Below, in pieces: positions 1 to 10,564 of a stretch of DNA of 51,210 nucleotides. Origin of the DNA: Chrysochromulina tobinii (taxonomy: Eukaryota); assembly GCA_001275005.1 (NCBI GenBank), contig JWZX01003114.1, forward strand, positions 1 to 51,210. Reading direction: 5' to 3'. The translations under genes were made by a program, and so were the position numbers. Numbering within the stretch: the stretch's first letter is position 1; every line of letters begins with the position of its first letter. Under the pieces are notes generated by a model. The model was not told where the DNA came from. It worked only from the letters and a program-made list of their open reading frames with translations, and did no database searches.

Positions 1-1278
1 AGCACTCGCGGTGCGCCGCGCCGCGCTCTCGCAGCCCGTCTTGAGCGCCTTGACCTTTTCCGCCTGTGCACCGAAGGCAGAGGCTCCCTCTTCCGACACT
101 GGCGCTGCCGGGGGCTCCTTGTCGAGCTTCACTGCCGCCAGCCCATCCTTCATGGCGCTCGCCAAGAGCGCGGTGATGCCTTCGAGCGCACCCTCGAGTA
201 GTCCATCGGATGCCTTGGGCGCATACAGCTTAAACTCCGCCTCGTACTTGTCGGGGTTCGCAGCGTACCCTTCGGCACCGAAGCGGAAGCGCTCATACCC
301 AGATTGGAGCGCGTTGAATGCTGCCTTGACTTTCTGCTCCGCCTCGTTGCGCTTGAGAGGGCCCTCTGAGCTCGCAACGGCCTTGGCTTGGGCTACCTCC
401 TCCTCGGCAGCCGCGCACGCGGCGGCCGCCTTGGCCTCGGCCTCGTCCGCCGCCTGCTTCTTCTTCAGCCTGTCCGTGGCCACAGAGTCCGCCCTGGCCT
501 CTGCTTCGACAGCCTTCTTCCGTTTCTGCTGCGCTTCGTAGAACGTGTCCATGGCCTCCTGTAGCTCGTCACAAGCGCTGGCATAAGCGCGCTCTGCCTC
601 CGCCTTGGCCTCGGCTGAAGAATTGTCTTCTCCCGCCTTCTTCTCTGCCGCTGCCGCCTTGACACTCTTGGCCTCCTCGACAGCTGCATCTGCTGGCGTG
701 AACTCGCCATTGGCTGCCACCGTCGCCGCCTTCGCCACCTCGAGCGCCGCGTCTGCCGCCTTTGAGGCCTCATCTGCATCGAGCTTCTTCTTCCGCGCCG
801 TCTCGAGCTTCTTCTTCCTGGCATCCAGCTTGCTCTCCGCTAACATGTACGTGCTGCAGATTTTCGTGGCGCTCATCAGAATCTCCTCCGCCTGGGCGAG
901 CAGTTTGACGCACTCCCTCACCTCAGTGTGGCGAACAGCCTTCTCGAGCGTCGCCAGCTCGAATTGGTGGCCGCTGATGTGCTGAATCTTGGCTGCCGCA
1001 TCGGCGGAGCCCACGAAGGTGCTCTCTCTGGCCCACACCGAGAGCGAAGGCAACTGCAGCTGCTCTTCGCTCATCCTTCCATGTATCACATCCTTTTCAG
1101 TGTGTGAGTAAAGATCGTAGCGCTTCTTGATCGGATCTATGCAGTCCTTCAGCTCTTTGCAGCCCTGCTTGATGTCGAGGATAGACGCATCATACTCGAT
1201 TCCTTTGACCTTTTGTTGCAACCAGGTCTCTTCAATGGCCTCCTTGGCGTCCTCGAGAGCTGAGGAGCAGCACCCCAT
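1..1278 (-). CDS. Coiled-coil Ala/Glu/Lys-rich protein with N-terminal MGCCSS dual-acylation motif (3' end runs off the window)
   Basis: Manual translation from the ATG at 1278 gives MGCCSSALEDAKEAIEETWLQQKVKGIEY...KLDARKKKLETARKKKLDADEA..., open to base 1 with no stop, so it is absent from the ORF track. The + strand ORFs here are its antisense shadows. Confidence 0.75.
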   Translation of the reverse strand, partial: MGCCSSALEDAKEAIEETWLQQKVKGIEYDASILDIKQGCKELKDCIDPIKKRYDLYSHTEKDVIHGRMSEEQLQLPSLSVWARESTFVGSADAAAKIQHISGHQFELATLEKAVRHTEVRECVKLLAQAEEILMSATKICSTYMLAESKLDARKKKLETARKKKLDADEASKAADAALEVAKAATVAANGEFTPADAAVEEAKSVKAAAAEKKAGEDNSSAEAKAEAERAYASACDELQEAMDTFYEAQQKRKKAVEAEARADSVATDRLKKKQAADEAEAKAAAACAAAEEEVAQAKAVASSEGPLKRNEAEQKVKAAFNALQSGYERFRFGAEGYAANPDKYEAEFKLYAPKASDGLLEGALEGITALLASAMKDGLAAVKLDKEPPAAPVSEEGASAFGAQAEKVKALKTGCESAARRTASA

Positions 1279-1437
1279 TTCACGCGGATTGGCTCCAAAA
1301 AGTAGAAGATTGTTTCACTTTCGCAGGAAAGTCGAATCAACAACGCAGGCATCGACTATGAAGACCACTGGTTCCATCGAAGCTTGGAGAATTTTTCAGT
1401 CAACTCATCAAGTTCACGCGATTTTTCCGCTTTGTTC

Positions 1438-2695
1438 ATGGCAGAGTTCGTGGACGAGAGGAAGGCGCTGCGCGAGCGCAAGGAGCGCCTCGATCCGGCC
1501 GCTCGTGCGCGTCAAGCTCGCGAGGAGCGTGCCGCACGCCAGCAACAGCAGTTGCAACAAGCGTCCACGTCCAAAGAGGAGGTGGCCGCTCTCAAGCTGC
1601 AGCGAGCATCGCGGCTGCGCGGGCTCACAGCAGCACAGCGCACACTCATCCGCAGCGAGTGGGATGCTGCGCTAGCTGCCGCCGAGTCCAAGGGAGCACC
1701 CACCGCCGGAGCGCAGACCCTGCTAGTCGAGTGGCTGCTCCGCTTCTGCGGGGGTGGCAACGACGATGACGGGGAGCGCCTGCGTGCCGTGTGCCGCGTG
1801 CTCGTCGCGGGCCTCGAGCAGGAGCAGGCGCACGTCTCGTTCGCGAGTGCAGGACTTCGCCGGGAGAGTGCACGCCGGTGGGTGTCGGCACTTCGGCGGC
1901 TGCTGATTGCAGTCGGTCGGCTCCTATCGCCCGACGAGCGCGCAGCGGCCGCGCTTCTTACCGACCTCAAGATTGGCAGCGGCAGCGCTTCGGGCAGCTC
2001 CAGCTGCGCAAGTTTCTCCCTCTCCGCCGCCGTTTCGGCCAACGCCGCTGCGGCCGTCGACGCACGGAAGCGGCTCTCTGCGCACTTTGGGCCTTTGCTC
2101 CGCGCGCTGCTGCTGCTTGGTGAGCCGGATAAGTGGAAGCTCACGCAGCAGTTGGGCGCCCTGCCGGGGAGCCAGGCACTCGCGCTCATGGCGCGCTCCG
2201 CGCTCGTCGGTGCCGCCACGCCGCTCATCCGCAGCGTCGGCGCCCTCACGCTCCGCACGCATGCGGTCGCGGACGCCTCTCTCATCGGTGCGGCGATCGC
2301 TGTTGCATGTCTGCCGCTCCAGTGCCCCGCCGTGCGGCCACCGCCCGAGGCGGTGCGCGCCTTCGTGCTCGGGGGGCTGCTCAGCGTGCCCGCGCTGCCC
2401 GCGCGCGTGAGTACGGCCGGCGCGCGCCTTGCCAAAGATGGTTCTCTCTGGGCTCTCGTAAGCGAGCAGGGTACGCAACTTGCACGCCACGTGGCCACCG
2501 CCCTTGGGCACACCGGCGCCGGCGCCGATGCCGCCCTGTGCGTGCTGGGCAACGTGCTTTCGCTGCTGCCGCCGCCCGCGGCGCCGCCCCCCACGGCTCC
2601 TCAGCTCCTCGGGCTCGCGCGCCTCGCCGAGGCGCTCTTGCAGCAGCAGCCCAGAGGCGGTGGCAAGGGCGGCGGCGGCAGCGATGGCGGCGGTA

Positions 2696-2733
<38 letters not shown>

Positions 2734-4972
2734 TGCGGGGGCGGGGGCGGCTCGTCAGGCGCCTCTTCGTTCCACCCGCTGCGTGGCTGGAGCCCTGCCG
2801 CGCCCTCGGTCGGCCTCACGCCGCACCTGGGCGCCGTCTCCGAGCAGCTGCAGGTGCTCTGGTCACCGCGCTTCCTTTCGCTCCTCTACACGGACGCGCT
2901 CGCTGTCCCTCTGGGCACGCGACCAATCGACGGCGCTCTGCGTGCGATGCGCGCGGATCAGCTGAGTGCCCTCGGCGCGAGCGCGAGCTCCGCCGCCGCG
3001 CTGCACGTAGCGTCGCTCAGCGCGCTCGCGCCGCTTCGTGTGTCAGCTCTCACCCGGCTCACGTACCGCACGCACCTCGTACCCGCGCTCTGGGCGCTAC
3101 TGCGGCTCCTCGATGCGCACCGCGCGGGCGCCACCGAGCGTCTCATCGAGAGCGTATGCCGTGGCGATTGCTCGTCAGACCTCACGCCGCTGCTTGCGCT
3201 GCTGCTCGAGGGTGGCGCGCATCTGATCGCCGTGCTTGGGGATCGCGAGCTCTTCGACGAGCACCACCCGTTTGCACCCGGTGACCTCGCCGCGCTGGCC
3301 TCCATGCTCAACCGCCTCGCGTTTAAACTCATCTGGGAGGTACCGGAGGACGACGCGCGCGTGCCCAACATAGCGCCCATCCAGCCGGTGGCGCCGGTCT
3401 CTCGCAACCCGATGCCCGGCGCGATGCCGCTTTCGATGTCCGCCGGCGGAGGCGCCGCCACTGCCGCCACCCGCCGCCACTGCCGCCATCGCCGCCTCCG
3501 CCGCCCCAGCCGCCCCCTCAGGCGTCGGCGCCGTCGTCTCCTCTGCCGACGCGCGCGAGCGGCGGAAGTCGATTCGAGACGCGTCGCTGCGGCTGCTTGC
3601 GCTGCTCGCCGACCGCGACTCGCGCCGACCCTTTTGTGCGACGGGCGCGTGGCTCATGCCCGAGGTTCGTTACTCGGAGCTGCACCGTGAGTTTAAGGAG
3701 GGCAAGCCACGCGCGTGGCGACTGCTCGAGCGCATGGCGTGGGTCATCCCCTTCGAGCGGCGCGTGGATCTCTTCCGCGACCTCGTCAAGAGCGAGAAAG
3801 ATCAGCTGCCGAACGAGGCACTTCCCGAGCACCTGCGCGGTCGCCGCATCAAGGTGCGCCGTAACCAGCTGCTCGAGGACGGTTACGTGCAGCTGGGCGC
3901 GCTGCCATCCGACGCGCTCAAGGGCACCATCCGTGTCGAGTTCGTCAACTCGCTCGGTGTGGTCGAGGCGGGCATTGACCGACACGGCGTCTTCAAGGAG
4001 TTCATGGAGGACATCCTCTCCCAAGCCTTCAACCCCCAGCGAGGCTACTTTTGCCAAACGGGCCAGCGCCACCTGTACCCGAACCCAGCCTCGGGTGCGG
4101 CCGACCCGCAGCACCTTCGCCTCTTTGATTTCATCGGGCGCGCCCTCGGCAAGGCGCTGTACGAGGGGATCGTGATGGAGCTGCCCCTCGCCGCCTTCTT
4201 CGCCTCCAAGCTGCTCGGCAAGCACTCCTCCCTCGATGAGCTCTCCTCGCTCGACCCGGAGCTCGCCTCGAGCCTCGACTTCCTCAAAAAGTACGACGGC
4301 GACGTCGAGGCCGACCTGTGCCTCACCTTCTCGGTCGACTCGGAGGAGTTTGGAGCGCGCACGAGCGTCGACCTGCGCGAGGGCGGCTCCGTCATCCCCG
4401 TGACCGCCGAGAACCGCATCGAATACGTCCATCTGATGGCCGACTACCGGCTCAACAAGCAGATCGCGACGCAGTGCAAGGCGCTCCTCACCGGGCTGCA
4501 TTCGGTGGTACCGTCTGGCTGGCTACGCCTGTTCAACTCCTCGGAGCTACAGAGACTCATCAGCGGCGACGACGTACCTGTCGACATCGACGACCTGCGC
4601 AAGCACACCAAGTACGCGGGCGGCTACAATGACCTCTCGCCCACGATCCGCGACCTGTGGGCAGTCCTCCACGATTTCGGGCGCGAGGAGCGAGCACTCT
4701 TCCTCAAGTTCGTCACCTCGTGTTCGAAGCCGCCGCTGCTTGGCTTTCAGCATCTCCACCCGTGCTTCACGATCCAGTGCGTCGCCAGCGACGGCCAGGA
4801 CGTACCGTCGATACTTGCATTCTTTGGCATGGGGCGCAAGGAGACTGAACGCTTGCCAACTGCGGCCACGTGCTTCAACTTGCTCAAGCTGCCCAACTAT
4901 CACACAAAGAAAGTTCTGCGCGAGAAGCTGCTCTATGCGATGAAGTCGGCTTCTGGGTTTGATCTATCGTGA
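1438..4972 (+). CDS. HECT E3 ubiquitin ligase, UBE3B/UBE3C (UPL6/7)-type; apparent +1 frameshift near 3470
   Basis: N-terminal IQ-like AALKLQRASRLR; LLADRDSRRPFC..W motif; HECT motifs IPFERRV, EAGIDRHGVFKEF, FLKFVTSCSKPPLLGF, RLPTAATCFNLLKLPNY (catalytic Cys) and C-terminal GFDLS. Split over ORFs 1384-3690 and 3656-4972. Confidence 0.9.
2671..2750 (+). repeat. GGC microsatellite encoding poly-Gly in the HECT ligase
   Basis: (ggc)n run visible at 2671-2750. Confidence 0.9.
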
Positions 4973-5055
4973 GCGCGGATAGGAGAGCAGAGCCCCGTTG
5001 TCCCACGGGCCTTAAAAGATTAATTACGATTACTGTACCACCGCCGTGTGCGCGT

Positions 5056-7263
5056 TTACCGAATCCGGACTTGCCAGGGAGGCAAGTCGTCCGAAAGCAC
5101 GTGCGAAAATGGCTGCTCGAACGCTGTCAACAGTCGTCGCCCATCAAGTGATTGCAGGACACGCTCCTGTATGCTGGCTCGCCCTGCGGCCTCGTCCGTT
5201 TTCCGCCGCTTTGCTCGCGCTCGAGCCCGGCGGCCGCTCACTCCGTCACCCACAGATCCTGGCGCGTCTCCCTGGGGAAGATGAAACGTTATCGCTGAAG
5301 CGTGCAGCATGAGCCGGTAAGTGCTCAGGTCGCCAGCATATGAGACATCGCCGACAATCGGATGGCCAAGGTGAGCGAGTGTCACTCGCAGCTGATGTCT
5401 TCGCCCGGTGCTGGGCACCAGCCGAAGGAGGCTCACCGGACGTCCGGCGAGTGGGCCGCGCAAAGCATAATACGCCCGGCGCACCACCTCAATGCGCGTC
5501 CGTGTATGCCGTGACCGCTCTTGGCGCCAAGCACGGGAGTCCCATGAATGGGCGCTAGGGAGCCGAGAGGGCCCCCAACGCTCGGCCACCGAGTCGTCCA
5601 CAACATTGGAAGGCGAGAGGGAGGCCGCGCCAACGATCCGCATCTTGAATGGCGAGGTAGGGTCCACATCCATCTGGCCGCTAAAGTCGTAACTGTCCCA
5701 GTCGGGCCAGCCCAAAACGACTGCCATGTACTCCTTCGTTACCGCAGCCTCACCCTCGCACGCCAACTCATGGCCATTCTCCGCGTCACAGCCGCTGTCA
5801 AACATTTGGCTCACGACGCTGAGCGCCTCGTCCGTTTTCGCTAACACGAGGACTCCGGAAGTGGCGTAGTCGAGCTGATGGCACGGCTGCAGCGTCGTAC
5901 CAGGCTGTTCGTCACGTGCAGTTGCCGCAAGCCACGCCGCCGCCCGCTCGATGGCCGTCTCCTCTTCGGGCCACCGAGGCCGCTGGTTTGTGCGGTGTGC
6001 GATCTGCGTGTCGAACGGCTTATCGACCACGAGTAGTTCGCGATCCGAGTGGAGGACCCGAAAGCCGTCTTGCAAGTAAAATGCACCCTGCTCGACGAGT
6101 GAACGGCGCACGAGGCGGCGCTCGTCGGGGTCCGCACAGCCGTTCAGTAGGAAGGTCGCTTGCCCGAGACGGCGATGTACCTCCGCCTCCGTCAGACGAG
6201 CTTCCTCCAGTGCCGGAGATAACTCGGCCAGCTCAGAAGTTGAGAAGAAGGCCTCGAGCCGCTTGAGGACAGCTACAGCTTCGGTCGAGCCGGTGTGAAC
6301 AGAGCCCAGGCTTGGGCGGCTGGTCGGCACCTCGTCCTCTACGGTGTGAACAGAGCCCAGGCTTGGGCGGCTGGTCGGCACCTCGTCCTCTACGGTGTGA
6401 ACAGAGCCCAGGCTTGGGCGGCTGGTCGGCACCTCGTCCTCTACGGCTGCCGCCGGCTCGACTGGCGTCGGCACATTCTCGAGTGCGGCCAGCACGGCAC
6501 TGGTCGGCTGCGCTTGCAAGCGGTTGCCTGTCCGCCGCTTGCGATCGATGAAACGAACGTCACGGCCGACGTTCGCGATCTGTCCCTGCACCAGCAGCTT
6601 CAGGCTCGCGTCCATGTGCCTTGCGGCTGCCTGCGCGGCAGCTGAGGGCTCGAGGAACCGCAGCGCGCGCGCGCAGGCCTCGACCGTCGACATGCAATAA
6701 GGCTCGGGCTCACGCCGCAGCGCATTGAAAATGCTGTCGATCCGCTGCTCAAACTTGATGGGAGTGCAGCGTCCGAGCAGCTCGGGAGAGTGCCTAATCA
6801 TGTGGCGGGCTTGCGTCCAAGTGCCATCGATCAAGACGAGAAGCTTCTTGCTCCCAGTGGCAAGCGTGCTCGCGTTCACTGAATCCAGTGCCACTGCGTC
6901 TGCGCTTGGAAAAAGCAGTAGCGGCTCAAACCCAGACTGCACTGCCTGCTGCAGTGGCTCAATGTCGCCAGAGAAGGAGACGCCTTTGGTCACCAACACG
7001 GATTTCATGCACATGGAAATGAGAGGCACGCTCGCGATTTGACGCTTCGCTTCGGCTGGATGCTGGAGCACGAGCACTCTGGTCGCCGTCTCCAAGGGCT
7101 CAGATGGCAATGCTGAGCAAATGCACGCGGGTGTCGGTCTGCTGCATCTGGGGCACACGTCACGCGCCACCTGCACGGCATTGCGCATTGCTCGGGAGGC
7201 ACCAGGCTCCATGATTTTTGAGGGCAGCGCCATGATGCAGAGCACTTCGAAGACTAGTGCCAT
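5056..7263 (-). CDS. Fusion of a DTW-domain tRNA-uridine aminocarboxypropyltransferase (TapT/DTWD2-like) and an RluA-family pseudouridine synthase
   Basis: DTW part: CPRCSRPTPACIC, VLVLQHPAE, LIDGTWTQA, MSTVEA. RluA part: LLVVDKP, CHQLDYATSGVLVLAK, KEYMAVVLG, TGRRHQLRVTLAHLGHPIVGD, RLMLHA. Single uninterrupted ORF. Confidence 0.85.
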   Translation of the reverse strand: MALVFEVLCIMALPSKIMEPGASRAMRNAVQVARDVCPRCSRPTPACICSALPSEPLETATRVLVLQHPAEAKRQIASVPLISMCMKSVLVTKGVSFSGDIEPLQQAVQSGFEPLLLFPSADAVALDSVNASTLATGSKKLLVLIDGTWTQARHMIRHSPELLGRCTPIKFEQRIDSIFNALRREPEPYCMSTVEACARALRFLEPSAAAQAAARHMDASLKLLVQGQIANVGRDVRFIDRKRRTGNRLQAQPTSAVLAALENVPTPVEPAAAVEDEVPTSRPSLGSVHTVEDEVPTSRPSLGSVHTVEDEVPTSRPSLGSVHTGSTEAVAVLKRLEAFFSTSELAELSPALEEARLTEAEVHRRLGQATFLLNGCADPDERRLVRRSLVEQGAFYLQDGFRVLHSDRELLVVDKPFDTQIAHRTNQRPRWPEEETAIERAAAWLAATARDEQPGTTLQPCHQLDYATSGVLVLAKTDEALSVVSQMFDSGCDAENGHELACEGEAAVTKEYMAVVLGWPDWDSYDFSGQMDVDPTSPFKMRIVGAASLSPSNVVDDSVAERWGPSRLPSAHSWDSRAWRQERSRHTRTRIEVVRRAYYALRGPLAGRPVSLLRLVPSTGRRHQLRVTLAHLGHPIVGDVSYAGDLSTYRLMLHASAITFHLPQGDAPGSVGDGVSGRRARARAKRRKTDEAAGRASIQERVLQSLDGRRLLTAFEQPFSHVLSDDLPPWQVRIR
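6291..6446 (-). repeat. Three tandem 51-bp repeats encoding VEDEVPTSRPSLGSVHT in the DTW-RluA linker
   Basis: Unit cggtgtgaacagagcccaggcttgggcggctggtcggcacctcgtcctcta starts at 6291, 6342 and 6393. Confidence 0.95.
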
Positions 7264-7439
7264 GCTTTTGCTCGCGTGTGAAATATCAGCGCCGCAGCCT
7301 GATGGCGCGGCCGCGGAGAGCGAAGCGAGGCTCGAACGCGTTGAAGTGTGAACTGAACTTACGGTGTGAAAGAGAGAGAGTGCAATTTTCTAAGCATGAA
7401 TCTCGCGCAAGTTTATAGTTAAGTCATGTCAAGCCAAGT

Positions 7440-10400
7440 CTACGCACACAGAGCGCGAGCCTGCGCAAGATGCTCGTGCAGCGCCGCACGCACATCCGCG
7501 CTCAGACCGCCGACCGCCACCTCGCGGAGCACCGCGATCCCATCCCTCAGCATCCCGAGTCCTCGCTCCGCGGCTGCGGAAGCCGCAGACGCCTCCACCT
7601 GCTTTGAGCGCTTGGCGGCGCGGAGCGCCTCTGCCCCAGCGTCCGCCTTGATCGCCGTCACAGCCTCGGCAGCCTCAGCTGCCTCAGTCTGGGCGGCGGC
7701 AGCAAGGGCCATGCGCTGCTCCTGGATGAGGGACGCGCAGCACGGATCGCACGGCGCCGAGAGACGGTTCAGGTGCTGAGTGAGCATCTGCCATGCTTCC
7801 GGCCCGCACGAGGGTAGCACGCCCTGCACCTGCAGCGCGATTTGGTCAGTGCCCGTGGACATGGCACACGCTGCGAGCACGATGGCCGCGTCCTGGAGCG
7901 CCGAGCGCTCGCTGAGCGTAAGGGGCGTGGGAGCATTGGCGGGGAAGGCAAGCACGAGCAGCCCAGTGACAAGCTGGCTCACGCTCGCCACCATCGCGTC
8001 GTCGTCGGCAAAGCGGAGGGTGCAGATGGCGTGGGTGAGCGCCACGAGCGGCCTCGCGCAGCGCTCCGAGTGCCGCCGATCTCGAAGCACGAGCACGGCC
8101 GTCTGCGCGAGGGCGCTCGCACTGGGAGGCGGGAGCGTGACCAAGGCCGCCGCCGCCGTCTCGAGCGTGCGCGCGCAGAGCTCGGAGGGGCAGTGCTCCG
8201 CGGCGGCAGCCAGCAGGCGTGGCAGGCAGCTCGACAGGCCAGCGCTCACGCCGCTCGGTACCCGGGCCACGGGCACGAGGCTCAGCAAGGCCGTCAGGCC
8301 GCGCAGTGTGAGGGCACACGCCGCCGGATCACGGACGCCGTGCACAGCGCCGAGCTCATGCGCAAGTTGCGCGCTGAGGAGGCCGAGCCAGCTAGGCGCA
8401 CCATGCGCCTCGAGGGCACCAGCTAGCGATGAGGGGGCGCCCGGCTCGGCGCCCGGCTCGCGAGACGCAGCGGCCAACGGCGACGCGTCGTCGGCCAGTG
8501 CCTCGAGCAGCTCAACGGCCACGAGTCCACCCATTTTGCGGCCGGCCAGCCCACAGTGCACGCTCCGGAACAGCAACCCAAGCCCCTCGTGCGGAAGCGA
8601 TGGCACCGAGGCGGCGACGAGGGCGAGCAGCCGGTGGCGCACGGCAGCGGACCCACTGCCCAGCTGCTCAAGACGCTCCGCGGCGACGAGCAGCTGGGCA
8701 GCTTGCTCAGCCGCGGCAGCTGGAGGCAGCGAGCGCAGGGCAAACGGCCAGAGCTCGACAGCGGCGCGACGCGCAAGCAGATGCGCGCGACAGCCGCCCT
8801 CGACGAGCGCGGCTAGCATCGGCGCGCGCATCGGCCTCGGCGCACTCGAGGCGAGCGCGGCGGCTTCGGAGAGTAGTCGGCGTAACAGCGGCAGCGGCTC
8901 GGCGGTCGCGGTCGCGGAATGGGCGCCGCCGTCGCCCAGCTCCACGGCGGCTGTGCGCGGCGCCAGCAGCGTCGCGTGGCAACTCGGCAACAGCTGCAGC
9001 CAGCTGGCCCAGGCACGGCCTGCTACATAACGCTGCACGCTCACCGCGCTGCACCGGCCGGCAGCACGCAGCGCGGCACTATGTAGGAGCAGCAACCCGA
9101 GCGCCATGCGCTGCTGCTCGGGGCTCACAGGCACGTCCACGCCGCCGATGACGCTCGCGTCCGCGGCGAGCGACGCCCAGTGCTCAAGCACACCACCTCC
9201 GCCTCTGCCGTTGCCCTCGCCATCGGTACCGGTAAGCGACGTGACGGTACGAGGAGGGAGCTCGAGGTCGATCGCCCCTCCGTCCGCCGCGGAGCTCAGC
9301 AAGGAAGCCACGCACGTGTCGAGGGCCGCGCGCAGCTTCTTGCGGTGGGCAGCACCCACGACGCCTCCGACGAGGTCGTCGGAGGGCGAAGGAGCATTGA
9401 GGTCCGACGGCTTTGCGATGGGGCGCACGGTGAGGCTCGCATACGCTCCTGCAAGGCACATGCACACGGCGTGGGACGGCTCGACACGGGACGGCTCGCC
9501 GCCTTGTGGCCGGGGGTGGCAGGCCGCGATCGCCTCGGCGTTCAGCCACGGCGCGTAGGCGGCGCACACGGTCTTGAGCTTGTCCGTGTAGAATTGCACG
9601 ACTTTGGCTGCCTCAGCGGCGCTCGCTGCGACACTCGCTGTGAGTTCGTCGGCGAACGCGCGATCCACTGCGCGCAGCAGGCAGCGTAGCAAGCGGCGGG
9701 GCAGTTGGAGCTCGGCGCCCTCGGGCCGGCCGGAGAGCGCCGCAGCCGTGGCGAGCCGCGGCAGCGGCGCTGTCGAGCTTACACGCACGGTAAGCTTCCA
9801 AGTGGCGTTCATAACCACAAATTGGCGCTTCGGGCGCTGCTCCTCGGCTTCACACGCCTCGAGCAGCGCCTGCAGCACGGTGCCGAATGTGGGCACCATC
9901 GACCCGTGAGCCTCCGCCGAAGCCGCTTCCACAGCGGGCTCGGCAGCTGCGCGCCTCGGATCGGGCAGCATGTCGTGCACCAGCTTGAGCACCTCGCACA
10001 GTGGCTTGACGCGCTCGTCCAGCTCCGTGCATGTGGGCGTGCAGAACACGGTGCGCACGGCGTCGCGAATGCACTCGAGCACCGACCGCAGCAGCGGTAA
10101 GCTTCCAGCAGCTTGCAACAGCGGCTGCCCGCCACAGGACTGCTGCGCTTGCTGGAGGCCCTCGTGAATGAGCCGCATGCAGTCCATCCAAGTTGGCATC
10201 AGTGGGTCTGGCACCACCACGCCACTGATGACGGGCGCGACAATGCGCTCGAAGAGATCAGTGTTCACGAAACGTTTCGCATCCAGTCCGACGATCGCCA
10301 CGGTGCAACGCACGGCCGCAGCGCACGTCGTTGATGAGGAGACGGCAGAGCGTGCAACTGTGTACGCGTCACCGTGGCGGTCCCGGCCTATCCACTCGAG

Positions 10401-10505
10401 CTCGCTTGCAAGCTGGTCGAGCGCGTAACCATGCTGCTCGGACGAGAGCACCCGGTCACCGCGCGCCGCGGCCTGGAGAGTCGCAAGTGCCTGCGCGGCA
10501 GCCAT
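7440..10505 (-). CDS. Large helical-repeat protein, possibly FIRRM/C1orf112/FLIP-like (DUF4487)
   Basis: 1021-aa Ala/Leu-rich ORF. VVMNATWKLTV and HLLARRAAVELWPFALR resemble my recollection of conserved FLIP/C1orf112 segments (LNxxWK; HxLxxxxxxELWCF). The ORF is solid; the family call is tentative. Confidence 0.5.
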   Translation of the reverse strand: MAAAQALATLQAAARGDRVLSSEQHGYALDQLASELEWIGRDRHGDAYTVARSAVSSSTTCAAAVRCTVAIVGLDAKRFVNTDLFERIVAPVISGVVVPDPLMPTWMDCMRLIHEGLQQAQQSCGGQPLLQAAGSLPLLRSVLECIRDAVRTVFCTPTCTELDERVKPLCEVLKLVHDMLPDPRRAAAEPAVEAASAEAHGSMVPTFGTVLQALLEACEAEEQRPKRQFVVMNATWKLTVRVSSTAPLPRLATAAALSGRPEGAELQLPRRLLRCLLRAVDRAFADELTASVAASAAEAAKVVQFYTDKLKTVCAAYAPWLNAEAIAACHPRPQGGEPSRVEPSHAVCMCLAGAYASLTVRPIAKPSDLNAPSPSDDLVGGVVGAAHRKKLRAALDTCVASLLSSAADGGAIDLELPPRTVTSLTGTDGEGNGRGGGGVLEHWASLAADASVIGGVDVPVSPEQQRMALGLLLLHSAALRAAGRCSAVSVQRYVAGRAWASWLQLLPSCHATLLAPRTAAVELGDGGAHSATATAEPLPLLRRLLSEAAALASSAPRPMRAPMLAALVEGGCRAHLLARRAAVELWPFALRSLPPAAAAEQAAQLLVAAERLEQLGSGSAAVRHRLLALVAASVPSLPHEGLGLLFRSVHCGLAGRKMGGLVAVELLEALADDASPLAAASREPGAEPGAPSSLAGALEAHGAPSWLGLLSAQLAHELGAVHGVRDPAACALTLRGLTALLSLVPVARVPSGVSAGLSSCLPRLLAAAAEHCPSELCARTLETAAAALVTLPPPSASALAQTAVLVLRDRRHSERCARPLVALTHAICTLRFADDDAMVASVSQLVTGLLVLAFPANAPTPLTLSERSALQDAAIVLAACAMSTGTDQIALQVQGVLPSCGPEAWQMLTQHLNRLSAPCDPCCASLIQEQRMALAAAAQTEAAEAAEAVTAIKADAGAEALRAAKRSKQVEASAASAAAERGLGMLRDGIAVLREVAVGGLSADVRAALHEHLAQARALCA

Positions 10506-10564
10506 TGTGTGCGCAAGTAGGCGCGGGAAAAAAGAGTCAGCGCATTCACAGTTCTCGACGCCGG

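Noticed and set aside
7780..9558. Long antisense and alternate-frame ORFs here and throughout the window (e.g. 1512-2594, 19174-20214, 24390-25676)
   Set aside because: They are shadows of real genes in GC-rich DNA with few stop codons; Arg/Ser/Ala-rich with no recognisable motifs.
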